DNA of 63,942 nucleotides, the filler included, from Hyphochytrium catenoides (taxonomy: Eukaryota > Protista > Hyphochytriomycota), in NCBI GenBank assembly GCA_900088475.1. It is 5 parts of 5 records of this genome, joined end to end, with 100 filler letters (N's around TTAATTAATTAA, not from the genome) between each part and the next. Parts side by side here need not be neighbours in the genome. Positions count along the whole stretch, not along the records: positions 25,555 to 34,776 come from FLMG01001258.1; positions 34,877 to 59,207 come from FLMG01003816.1; 3 more parts are not named here. One strand, written 5' to 3'. Made by a program: the position numbers and the translations under genes. Below the pieces are notes generated by a model, which saw nothing but the letters and a program-made list of their open reading frames with translations, was not told the origin of the DNA and did not search any database. Positions 26,206 to 36,859 of the stretch are shown one piece after another (the stretch's first letter is position 1; every line of letters begins with the position of its first letter).

Positions 26206-26943
26206 ATGAGCCAAGCTGTACGCGCTTTGGCAGGCAGGAGCAGAGTTTCTCTTCTCTGGACTCGCCGGGCAACTGCGCGCAGCGTGCTCCCCGTACATTG
26301 CAGACCCTCTGCTTTAATAGAGATAAGCAAACCTTTCTTCCGGTGGCATCAACAACTTAGATCGTTTCAGAACTCTAGAGACTCCGGTGACTTAAACTTC
26401 TCATCGATCTTTGGCTTTGACTATGAAGATGAACTTAGGCCGAAAAGTCGTCGGCGAACGCGGCGCCTTTTTGATGACTCGTCGGATGAGGAGGAAGAAC
26501 CGCCTCTGAGTGAGGAAGAGCTGACTCAGTTTAACAAGCGCAATGAGCGGATCACATCTCTAGAAGTGCTTGTTATTGACTTTGAGGGGAACAAGATGGG
26601 CGTCATCCCTACTCCAAAGGCCATTGAGGTAAAGAGACCAGTAAAACGCCAAGCTTACCTTTCAGCGAGAAGATGACTAGCGGGAGAGACTCTGAGAAAC
26701 AAAGAGAGGGAGAGAGAGTAGGGTAGAGAGAGAGAGAGGAAGGGGTAGAAAGAGAGACAGAAAGAGAGAGAGAGAGACAGAGGAAGGGGGAAGAGAGACA
26801 AAAGAGTAAGATACCCTGAGGGAGAGGAGAGAGAGCAAAGTGGACCAAACCTGAGCCTAGTGCTTCATTCTCTCCTATCTCCCTTCTTCCTTGGCCATGC
26901 TTCTCTCCTTGCTGTCTGTCTCCTACCTCTCTCTACCGCTTAG

Positions 26944-26993
<50 letters not shown>

Positions 26994-27303
26994 TGTCGGC
27001 TAGATCGCTAAGAGACAGGGAAAGGATCTCGTGATGGTTGCGATGCAGAAGGAGAATGTTGTCTGCCGTATAATGAATCCTCAGAAGGCCCAGAGAAGCT
27101 TCAGTCGTGTGGAAGAGCCTCCAACCAGGGGGAAAGTCAGGGGACCCAAGCTGCCGGCACCCAAGGATATGCTCTTTCGTCTAGGGATAGCGGTAGGACT
27201 GTCATGGTCTCCCTCTGTCCTCTTTCTTTTTCTCTCTCTCTCTTTCCTCTCTTTCTTCCTTCTTTTTCCTCTCTTTTCTGATTATCTCTCGCTCTTCCTC
27301 TCT

Positions 27304-27342
<39 letters not shown>

Positions 27343-27821
27343 CTCCTCTTTTTCCCTCTCTCTCCTCTCTTTTTTCCCTCTCTCCCTTTCTCTCTCTCTC
27401 TTCTCTCTCTCTCTCTCTCTTTCTCTCTCTTCCACCTCAGCCGCTTTTGCCTCAGATTACTTTCGACTTGCGGACACTTGGCCGCTGGCGTTTTACCTTG
27501 CCACGAAGCCACTGAGCTTCCTTCTTCTCTCTCGTCTTAGGATCATGACCTGGACGTGAAGGCGAAGAAGATGCGCAGTCTATTGCTGAAAAAGCATCCC
27601 ACGACGGCAATCCTAGCATGGAAGAACAGCCCACCAAATCAGGTTCAAGCAGGTGGATGATCTCTCTCTCTCATTTTCTCTCTCTCACTCTCTGTCTCTT
27701 CTCTCTCTCTTTCACTCTCTCTCTCTCTCTCTCTCTGCCTTTTTCTCCCTCTGTCGCGTTCTTTCGACCCCTCTCCTCACCACCACCCCTGCTTCGTCCC
27801 GTTCCCCGGGCGCCCTCCTTT

Positions 27822-27859
<38 letters not shown>

Positions 27860-28035
27860 TCCGCTTGCGTGGTTCTAACCCCGTCGTGGTCTCAGGTCTG
27901 GAGAAGATGGAGCAGCTCAAGAACAAGCTAGCAGATGTCGCCTACACTGACGGAGTCAAGATCGTTAATAATGGAAGAGCAGAGATGCTCTTCCGTCCTC
28001 GGGAAAGAGATGGGGGAGCAGACCAGGAAGAATAG
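26206..28035 (+). CDS. infC: Organellar (probably mitochondrial) translation initiation factor IF-3; exons 26206-26628, 27004-27192, 27541-27652, 27896-28035
   Basis: Arg/Ser-rich presequence, then RNERITSLEVLVIDFEGNKMGVIPTPKAIE|IAKRQGKDLVMV...VVCRIMN (IF3-N) and KDMLFRLGIA|DHDLDVKAKKMRSLL (IF3-C). All three introns are GT-AG and phase-compatible. Confidence 0.88.
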
Positions 28036-28818
28036 TTTCGCTACTCTCTTTTTTGTTTTCTCAAAGGAGAAACACGTCAGAGATTGTTATTGGTAGGAGG
28101 AGACAGGAGAGAGAGAGAGAGAGAGAAAGAGAGGGAGAGAGAAAGAGATTGCGTCAGACACACAAAAGATTAAGCCAAAGTTTTAGGGTGTGTGTCTCTC
28201 TAGATATGCCGTGTTGTCTCTCTCTTTCGCTTGGAGTTACACAGACAGAGGAGAGAGAAAGGAAGAGAGAGAAAAAGAGAGAAAGAAGAGACATAATAAT
28301 TCTTTTACGCGGCGCATTACGTTCCCGCTGTCTCTCTCTCTCCCTACAACCTTTCGGCTTAGGCTCTCAATGAGGCGTCTCATGGTGCTGGAGGTTTCTT
28401 TTCCGAAAAAAGATAAGAGATAGCCCCTTTCTCATTCAAGATCAAATGGGCAAGAGAGGAGAGACGCCGCGTTATAAAGCTTAACTAGAAAGGGACAAGA
28501 ACTACGCGATAAGACCTGGGAGAGAAGAGAAGGACTGCCATATTTATAAAGAGACTGAGACAGAGAGACAATCTAAAGAGAGAGAGAAACACTCTAAAGA
28601 GAGAGAGACACAGAGCTTGAGAGGATATGCGAACGACCAGAAGAAGAGAAGAGACAAAGAGAGAGACATGGAGAGAGAAGCCCTTTCTTCCCTGACGAGA
28701 GAATGCAGAGGCGCTGATCTCAGCATACACTCTCTCTCTCTCTCTCTTTGGCCCTTCTTCCCTACTCGTCGAATGCGTTGATTTGTGCTTTCACCAAAGG
28801 TTCCTATGGGGCTTTCTG

Positions 28819-31005
28819 CTATCTTCCCTTGGGAGACGTCGAGAACAAAGAGTAGTTGGTGCGGGCGGAGAGAGAGAGGAGAGAGTAGGCAGAGCTGATC
28901 TCTCTCACGCTGGAGTCGAGGCTACTAGCCGTGGAGCTCGAGTATCTCTCTCTCTCTTCTTCTCCCTCTTCAAAGGAAGAGCGTGGAGAGTCATCATAGT
29001 ACTCATCAGCATCTGGAGGCATCAGATCCTCTACACTCTGGGCAACCTCTCTCGCTCTTCGTCTCTCTCTCTCTTCCTCATTCTCTTCCGGATGCGCCTG
29101 GCTTTCTCTCCCTACATCGTCCCAGTAGTTGTCCCACACAGAAGGAAAGCCTTTATCATCAATGACAACAATGCCTTCCTCCTGTGGCCTCTGCACCTGC
29201 AGCTGCCTACTGAAGTTCTCAGTCATAGAGTTCCTGGTGGTGCAGGAGAGAGTGCACGGCGTGCGGTTGGCTGTCCAGCAGCGTCTCCTCGCAAAAAGAG
29301 TCTTTCCTGGAGCGTTGAGCTTTCTCAGAGGCCGACGGGGAAGTTTCCAGAAAAGCCAGACAGAGAGGAGAAGCAGAGCATAAGAGAGAAGAGGGACAAT
29401 CACGAGATGGATCTCAGAGGCGGAACGGAACGCAGAGAAAGAGAAGGCAGTGTCTCTCTCTCTCTCAAGGTTCCTTCTTCCTTCTTTCCTCGTCTCTTCT
29501 ACGACGGCAGAAGAGGAGCTGCCGCTGGTAGGGGAGAAGGTGGAAGAAAGCTGGTAGGGCCACTCTGTGGCGGAGAGGCTCAACTTTGGAGAGACGACAG
29601 CGGTCACTTCTGCGGCGATAATGAGGCCAAAGGCGAGCATGTACACCGCCATTGCCGCGGCAATCTTCGTCAGAATCTGAAGCTTGAGGCCGCAGAGCTC
29701 AATGCGCGTCACGTGTACTGCGGCTGGAGGCGCAGCAGCGGAAGGGCTGAGGCCCACAGAAGCGCCTTTACTTAGCTGCTGACAGAGAAAGACGTGGCCC
29801 TGAGCTTTCTCTCCTGAGGCTTCTGCAGGTGAACCTTCCCATCCTGATGGTGTCGCCCTGAGATGCTTTGGGGTTAGCACGACAGCCTCCAGCGGGAGAG
29901 TAGAGCAAGCTTGGGCAGGAGATGACCTCTCTTCTTCTTTGTCCTTGTTCCTTCTTCCCCTGCCTTCCTCAAGTTCTTCTTCTTCTTTTTCTCTTCTACC
30001 AGTGAGAGCCGCTATTGACCCGCCCTCGGAAGAGCGAGGCTGTCTCTCTCCATTGCCTCGACTAAGACTCGCTACTTGGACTTCCTCTGCTGGGAGGAGA
30101 GAGTCCACAGGCGTCCTGTCTCCTAGTTTTCCGCCCATTGAAGGCTGCAGCTCTGTAGGAGACTTGGCAGGTGCTTGGGGAGGAGGAGGCGGAGGAGGGC
30201 AGAGGAGGACGGAGGACGAAGGTCTGCGAGAAGAGCTGAGAGATGGGAAAGGAGAAGAGCCAGAGTTGTTCTCTTCCCAGCCTTGCAGAAAGGAAGGAGA
30301 AGGGTGCTGAAGAACGTACTCATCGTCCTGCGTGGCCACGCTGGCGAGGGAGTCTGTCGTCTGTGTCTCTCCTCTGTGGCTCCATACAAAGGAATGAAGG
30401 GCGCCGCCCAGTCCACAGAGCAGGAGAAGGCTGGAAGACTGGATGACGATGATAAGAATAGAGCAGACGCGACAAGACTCGACCGCCATCTGCACCTCTC
30501 TCTCTCCATCCGCTCCCTCTCCTTCCATCACGACAGGCGCCCGAAGAGTCGCTCGAAAAGACAGAGTGGTCCAGATCCCTAAGTTCTGCAGCATGATAAG
30601 CAGCTTAAGAGCTAGGACAGTGCCTCGTCTCGCGATGATCCCGCTGTGCTCTAGCAGCAGAACCCATACATAAGTAATGGAGAAGGCCACGCTCCATACA
30701 AGCCCAAGGTAGATGGCGCTGAGTAAACTGAAAGCCAGAGGAGAGAAGAGGTCGCTATAGCCCATAGGATCGACTCCGGAGATCGTAAGGAGGAGAGACG
30801 CAGTGAGAAGAGGAGGGAAACAGAAGCGCTGTTGGCAGTTGACTCTTGAGAGAAGGACGTCTTTCATTCTCCATCCCGTGAGAAGGACGCCCAGGCCACC
30901 AAGAGAGAGAGAGAGAACACGCCAGGCTGTGTATCTTTCTCTCTCTAACTCGGAGAGAAGAATGTCGCAGTTGTCCCCCGTGTAGGGGAAATGGCAATGG
31001 TTCAT
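28819..31005 (-). CDS. Seven-transmembrane GPCR-like protein with N-terminal EGF-like Cys motif and very long third intracellular loop
   Basis: 728-aa uninterrupted ORF. CHFPYTGDNC resembles an EGF C-terminal half. Seven hydrophobic segments (AWRVLSL.., FCFPPLL.., FSPLAFSLL.., VLALKLLIM.., SILIIVIQ.., IAAAMAVYML.., IHLVIVPLL..), DPMGY after TM2, and an acidic/Ser-rich tail. A 5' exon may be missing. Confidence 0.72.
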   Translation of the reverse strand: MNHCHFPYTGDNCDILLSELERERYTAWRVLSLSLGGLGVLLTGWRMKDVLLSRVNCQQRFCFPPLLTASLLLTISGVDPMGYSDLFSPLAFSLLSAIYLGLVWSVAFSITYVWVLLLEHSGIIARRGTVLALKLLIMLQNLGIWTTLSFRATLRAPVVMEGEGADGEREVQMAVESCRVCSILIIVIQSSSLLLLCGLGGALHSFVWSHRGETQTTDSLASVATQDDEYVLQHPSPSFLQGWEENNSGSSPFPSLSSSRRPSSSVLLCPPPPPPPQAPAKSPTELQPSMGGKLGDRTPVDSLLPAEEVQVASLSRGNGERQPRSSEGGSIAALTGRREKEEEELEEGRGRRNKDKEEERSSPAQACSTLPLEAVVLTPKHLRATPSGWEGSPAEASGEKAQGHVFLCQQLSKGASVGLSPSAAAPPAAVHVTRIELCGLKLQILTKIAAAMAVYMLAFGLIIAAEVTAVVSPKLSLSATEWPYQLSSTFSPTSGSSSSAVVEETRKEGRRNLERERDTAFSFSAFRSASEIHLVIVPLLSYALLLLSVWLFWKLPRRPLRKLNAPGKTLFARRRCWTANRTPCTLSCTTRNSMTENFSRQLQVQRPQEEGIVVIDDKGFPSVWDNYWDDVGRESQAHPEENEEERERRRAREVAQSVEDLMPPDADEYYDDSPRSSFEEGEEERERYSSSTASSLDSSVREISSAYSLLSLSARTNYSLFSTSPKGR

Positions 31006-32617
31006 TCTGCTGTCCTACTACTCTAGCAGACGGGGGAATCTAACAGGAAAGAGAGAGAGAGAGAGAGAAGAGAGAAGAGAGAAAGAAGAGAGGGAGAAGA
31101 GGTCCTCCAGGACTCAGGCAATTAACATACAAAGAAGGAGAAAAGAGGGAGAGTGCGAGAGGAAAGAGGGACGGGGAGAGACCTTCAATCAGAAGAATGA
31201 TGCCGCCGCGGAAGTAGCGCGTCAATGAGGGGAAGACAGTCAAAAGCCGCCAAGATGATGCGCGGGCGGTGTCTCTTCCCTTGTGGGCTCAAGAGGAAAT
31301 GGCCAAGTGTGCTACGAAGGGGCGAGCATACTGACGTCCAGACGAGAAGGTGAGAAAGCAGGTCAGAGGGCAAAGGAAGAGAGAGGAGAAGGAGAGAGAG
31401 AGAGAGAGACTTGCAGAGAGAGAAGGCGCCCGTCCACCAGTAAAAAGTGTAGCTCAGGAGATGATGTGTCCCAGCGGCAGGTTATCAGGAGAGAAGATAT
31501 CGAGAGACCGCGCAGGCCAGACCGTCTAGCCGCCAGCAGCCAGTAGGATGAATGGCGAAAGAGAGAAGAAGATCTCTGGGATTTCCGCGCCTCTTGCGTG
31601 TCTCCGCCTTGATCTGCGACTGCCTCGTCACTGCCAAGAAGCCAGACAACAGAAGACTGAAGCTGCCATTCTCTTTCTCTCTCTCTCTCTGTGCATAGAG
31701 GAAGAAGGGAGGAGCAAAAGAGGGATGACGACGGCGGCGCAGGGGGGAAAGAGAGAAGCAGAGGAAATCAGGTTCTTTCTCTGGCTCTGTCGAAGGCTCT
31801 CTTCTTCCTCTTTCTCTCCTGCTCTGTCTCGCTTGTTGAATACTCTGAAAGCTGCCGCTTTGCTCTTGTTCTTCTCTCTTTCCTCTCTTTCTTTCTCTCT
31901 CTCCTGTCTCCTAATCAAGGAACAGGAGTGCATGCTGCTGCAGCATTGAAGGGAGCAGAGAGAATGGGACAACGAGACGATCACGCTGCTGAACAAAGAA
32001 CTTTGACTAGCCAGAGCAAAGTCTTGGCCAAATCATCTTCCTTCTCCTCTGCTCACCAAGGATGTTCCTCCAAACAGACAAAGCGATATGACAGAAGAAG
32101 AGGAGAAAGAAAGAGAGAGCAGCAAGAAAGACAAGAGAAGGTCGGAGAGAAAAGGAGAGAAGATGGAAAGAACATTGAGAGAGAGGAGGAAGTCAAAGCA
32201 GGTGCTTTATATTATACAGTTCTATATCGCGGACATAAGAAGAGCGTAACTTGTACATGTCCTGCTGCTGCTGATCGGAGGAGGAAGAGAAGAGAAGAGA
32301 GAGAAAGAGAGAGAGATGATGGAAGAGGGGGTCGGAGAGATAGAAGAGAATCTAAATACTAGCTGAAGGAAGAGCATAATCATTCTCTTGGGAACGGCGA
32401 GGAGAGAGCAGAGGGAGAGAAAGAGAGTGTGAAGAAAGAGAGAGAGAGAGTGAAAGAGAGAGAAAAAATGGGAGAGAGGAAGAGAGAGAAAGATAGACAG
32501 TGAGAGAGAGAACAGAAAGTGAGAGTGTCAGAGAGAAAGAGGGATAGTGAGAAAGAGAGGAGGGAAAAGAGGTGAAAGAGAAGAGAGAGGGAGAAAAAGA
32601 GACAGNNNNNNNNNNNN

Positions 32618-33003
32618 TGCTCCAATAGAAGTTCACGATCGATTTTGGTCTCAGGGGAGCCGGAGCGGGCGGCGCGGTGACGTGCCAAGGATCCGCTCCA
32701 TACCCTCACCACAGCATCCTAGCGTAGTATCTCATACAAATAGTTAGCATCCTTCTTACGGACTGACACTCTATGTACAACTACGCAGGTGGGACAGGGG
32801 GTACGACGTCCTGCTATTATCTATAGGCCACCTGGACCTTAAAGGGGGGGCCATCACCATAGTGTCGCCGAAGGTACACGGTCCAATTCTATATACAGTA
32901 ACTATTGGGTATGGACGGTGGGGGGAACGCCTAGGGTAGTAGTAGCCGGGGTGTGGGGTGAGAGGTTGCAAGAGGTGGGTCGCGGGGTGTAGAAGGGGTG
33001 ACA
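32618..33003. mobile_element. Possible LTR fragment
   Basis: Non-microsatellite island directly after a gap, ending ...GGGGTGACA (TGTCAC on the minus strand), with TATA-like CTATATA. No TSD can be checked. Confidence 0.25.
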
Positions 33004-33188
33004 TCAGCTGCTGAACGTGAGAAACAGAGTGACGAAGAGATAGGCCATCCTGCTAGACAGAGGAATTCATTACGTAGCGTAGGATAGGGAATGTTTCATA
33101 AAGGCTCGGATGGAGTTGAGACAGAGTGTGAAAGAGAGATAGGGAGAGGAATAATAAAAAAGAAGTGCTCGAGGAAAAGACGACCAAA

Positions 33189-33235
<47 letters not shown>

Positions 33236-33988
33236 CGAGAAAGAGAGAGAGAGAGCGAAAGAGAGAGAGAAAAAGAGAGAGAGAAAAGGAGGGAGAGAAA
33301 GAGAGAAAATGTGACAAGAGAGCGTGATGAAGAAGAGATTGAGAAATGAAGAGAGAAAAGAGACAAAAGGCGACAGACAGAGATTGTGCTAGAGAGAGAG
33401 AGAGAGAGGGAGAGAATTGGCGACCATTGCACAGTGTTATTTCTCTGTCTTCTATGGCGGGACGATTAACAAGGAGAACGCAGCACCATCTCTTGACTGA
33501 TCCTTTTCTCTGTGGCTCCACGCTCTCTCTCTCTCTCTTCTCTCTCTCCTCGTCTCTCTCTCTCTTTCTTGGTTTCCCCTCCTCTCTTGTCTCTGTTGCA
33601 TAAAGAAGTCTACCATGCTATATCTTTTTTTATTGTTGACTCTATTGGGCGGAACATAAGACAGAGAGAGAAGCAGAGAGAGAGAGATCCTCTTTCCCTC
33701 TCTCTCTCCATCCAGATCCTGTCTCTTGGGACAGTCGATCCGCCTTCTTCCGCGTCCTTTGGGTTGAACATCTCAGTGACATTCCGGGCACGAGAGGCAG
33801 GAAAACGCAGACTGGAAGAGGGTAGACAGGCCCATCAAAGAAGAGAGAGAGACGTGCTTCTTTCTTCCCTTCTTTCTCCTACGAGTATTCATAGGCCGCA
33901 TGACTGGAGTCGCGCTGTTGTCCTCTTTCTCAATTTTCTATCTTCTATCAAATACTGTCGGGTCGCGCCTCGGTGGCGCAGGTCGTCC

Positions 33989-34024
<36 letters not shown>

Positions 34025-34776
34025 AAAGAAAGATGAAGAGAGAGAGAGAGGGAGAGTTATTGAGGGATGGTAAGGGCAAGCAAGGAGAGGATGGACGCAC
34101 AATGGAAAATAAAGAAGATGCGTGGTCCGCCCCGGTCCTGCTAGTAGTGCAACTTCTGATCTTCTCTGTTCCCTAATACTTTCCTCTCTCTTCGTTTCTT
34201 TCTCTGTCTCTCTGTCTCTCTCTCTCCTTTTCTCACTACCTTGATTGCTACTGCTGGGTCTCTTCTGGAGAGATCACAGTTGGCGGCGAAGCACCGACTC
34301 CTCTCTTCTTTCAAAGCCAATGTCAGGTTGGAAGACAACAAGCAAACAGAAAGAGAGAGAGATCAATTGACCACGAAGGGAGAGAGACAGGAGGGAGACA
34401 AAGAGAGAGATTGAAAGAGGGAAAGAGAGAGAGAGAGATCAGAGACAAAGATGTCCCTCGGTGTCAGCTCGAGATAAATATATCGAGGCAGAGAAAAACT
34501 CACCAAGAGAAAGAGAGAGAGAGACACTCTCTGTTCAAGACAGTAGAGACTGCCTCCTCTAAGAAAGACGAGAGATACTTCGGAGAACCCTCCTGGCCTC
34601 TCCCTCTTTCTCTCTCTCTCTCCCTCTTTCTCTCTCTCTCTCTCTCTCTGACTGCCTTTTAGTCCTTCTGCTCTGTCTTGAGATGCCACCAGGACAACAT
34701 GATTTGGATTGTTATTGCTAGTCAGGCCCAAGGAGTGGAAGAGATGCAGGACGACATGCGTTTCTTTCTCTCTCTC

Positions 34777-34876
34777 NNNNNNNNNNNNNNNNNNNNNNNN
34801 NNNNNNNNNNNNNNNNNNNNTTAATTAATTAANNNNNNNNNNNNNNNNNNNNNNNNNNNNNNNNNNNNNNNNNNNN
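34777..34876. other. Artificial contig linker
   Basis: N44-TTAATTAATTAA-N44. Confidence 0.95.
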
Positions 34877-35317
34877 CTCTGGAGTACGAAGAATGCCAAA
34901 CTGGACTTTGACGCGTACAAGCTTGGGCTGGTCCAAGAGTATTCTCATCTTTTTGCCTTGAAAGACTTGCTTCTGAAGACGCAGATGGGTTGGGTCCCCA
35001 CCGGCGGCGGCGGCGACGGCGGGGCCGCAGGGGGAGCAGGAGCAAATGCTGGAGCAGGAGGCGACGCAGGAGCTCTAGAGGATGGCAGGGGACAGCGGAA
35101 GGTTCAGAAGAAAGAGAAAAGAGCGGCCACCCGGTTCCGTCAGGCTAGAGTGTTGGCAGCTGTGTGGACGGCTATCGTGGTGTTTTCTACATTGGGCGTG
35201 GGCACGTGGCGGCTTGTGCTGTTTGACTTTGCGCTTGTGGACTTCCTGCCGCCGATGGTGCTGGTTGCCATTGAAGGGCTCGCTATCATCGACTTTGTAA
35301 GGAATAGGTCAGGCTAG
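34877..35317 (+). CDS. 5'-truncated ORF: Gly/Ala linker, basic patch and two C-terminal TM helices; unknown function
   Basis: Frame is open from the contig start: LWSTKNAKLDFDAYKLGLVQEYSHLFALKDLLLKTQMGWVPTGGGGDGGAAGG...VLAAVWTAIVVFSTLGVG...FLPPMVLVAIEGLAII. Confidence 0.5.
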   Translation, partial: LWSTKNAKLDFDAYKLGLVQEYSHLFALKDLLLKTQMGWVPTGGGGDGGAAGGAGANAGAGGDAGALEDGRGQRKVQKKEKRAATRFRQARVLAAVWTAIVVFSTLGVGTWRLVLFDFALVDFLPPMVLVAIEGLAIIDFVRNRSG

Positions 35318-36859
35318 ACAGAGAGAAAAAGGAGAAAGAGAAGGATTGGAGACAGGAAGAGAGAGAGAAGGTAGAGTGTGAGGAGAAACGGGAGAGAGGA
35401 AATTGGGAGGAAGGAGAGATTAGATAGAGAAGTGAGATCGACAGAGCGACAGCGCCTATCGATCCGTCTCTCTCACAGTCTCCTATTATTTATTAGCCAT
35501 TGGAGCTCAATATAAAGCACCATCACTCGGGAACCTTCAATCACTTAACAAGATGTGCCGTCGCCCTTGTTCCCTGGCTGTCTCGGGCTATAGCCGAGAT
35601 CTATTCTCCTCTCTCTGTCCGTCGCTCTCTCTCTCTCTCTCTCTCTCTCTCGCTCTCTCTCCTTCGTTCTCTCTCCATATATATATTGGATGTACCTGCG
35701 CTGGGCTGGCCACGTCTCTTGCTCCTCGTCTCCTCTCCCTGTGGTGCCAGCTCTAGCTCTTTGCATCTCCTGTACTCTCTCGGTGGACTTTCTCTTTCTT
35801 CCACTACCTTCCGCCCCTGCGCTCTCCTTCTCCTCCTGTCGCTGAATGGCTGGCTCTGGCTCATTCCTATCGTGTCCCCTGTGAGATCCGTCTCTCTTCC
35901 TCCTTCTTTATCCTTCCTGCAGTTCACTCTCACCCCTGCGTTTACAGCGAAAGGTTTGCTGTTGCCTTCTCTCAAGTCTTTCCTTTCTCACACATTCCTT
36001 CTCTTCTCTTCCCTTCTCCGTGACACATTCCTTCTCTTCTCTTCCCTTCTCCGTGATGGTGCCCTTGCCTTCCGCCCCAGACGGAACTCTACTACTCTGT
36101 TGTCCTCTTCTACGTGGCAGTATCGTGCTCCTCTCTCTCTCCCTCTCTCTCTCCCGCTCTCTCTCTCCCTCTCTCTCTCTCCTTCTCTCTCTCTCTCTCT
36201 CTCGCTCTCTCTGTCTCCTCAGGTAATAACCAAGGACAATGGTTCTGGTTGGTTGCTTCAACCTTCAACCTCAAATCGCGGGACGCTAACGGCAACCATT
36301 TCTTCAGTCTTAGCGTTAGCGGTCACAATAGGGAGAGAGACAGAGAGAAAGAGAGACAGAAAGAAAGCAAGAAAGAGAGACAGAGGACGGAGAGAGACGG
36401 AGAGACAGAGGAGGGAGAAAGATGATGAGAGAAAGAGAGAGAGCATACGGTGGGAGAGAGTTCAAGAGCAGGCCGCCCGCCAGAGAGAGAAGCACAGAGA
36501 CAGAGAGAGAGAAGGTTGAAGGCAAAACAGAGAGCAAGGCACACGCGGGTGACGAAGTAGTTCAGACGCTGCGACCAAGAGATGGAGCTTTCTCAATCGC
36601 TGAGCCTCCGTCACGCGGGGCTGTTGCTCTGCCGCTGGTGTCCGCTATTCCTGCCGATGATGGTTGACGATCAGCACCACTGATAAGCTCGCCGTATGAT
36701 CTTCATACATAAAGCCCGCCCATCGGCCTGGTAACACCTATTAACAGCTTTATAAGCCTCTCAAAGAGCTACCTGGTACTGCTCTCAAGCCCCACCGCGA
36801 GAGTGACAAAAGGACGCAATCCCTTGCTCCCACTGCCAGTTCAGTAGACTCTCACTGCC

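Noticed and set aside
28783-30985. + strand ORFs including 330 aa at 28783-29775
   Set aside because: Antisense to the 7TM gene, with no domain signal.
35991-36056. Exact 33-bp tandem duplication
   Set aside because: Two copies in low-complexity pyrimidine sequence; no functional evidence.
27200-36540. Many SLSL- and RERE-rich ORFs (e.g. 35500-36519, 31691-32362, 33070-34036)
   Set aside because: These are translations of (CT)n/(GA)n tracts, which lack stop codons.
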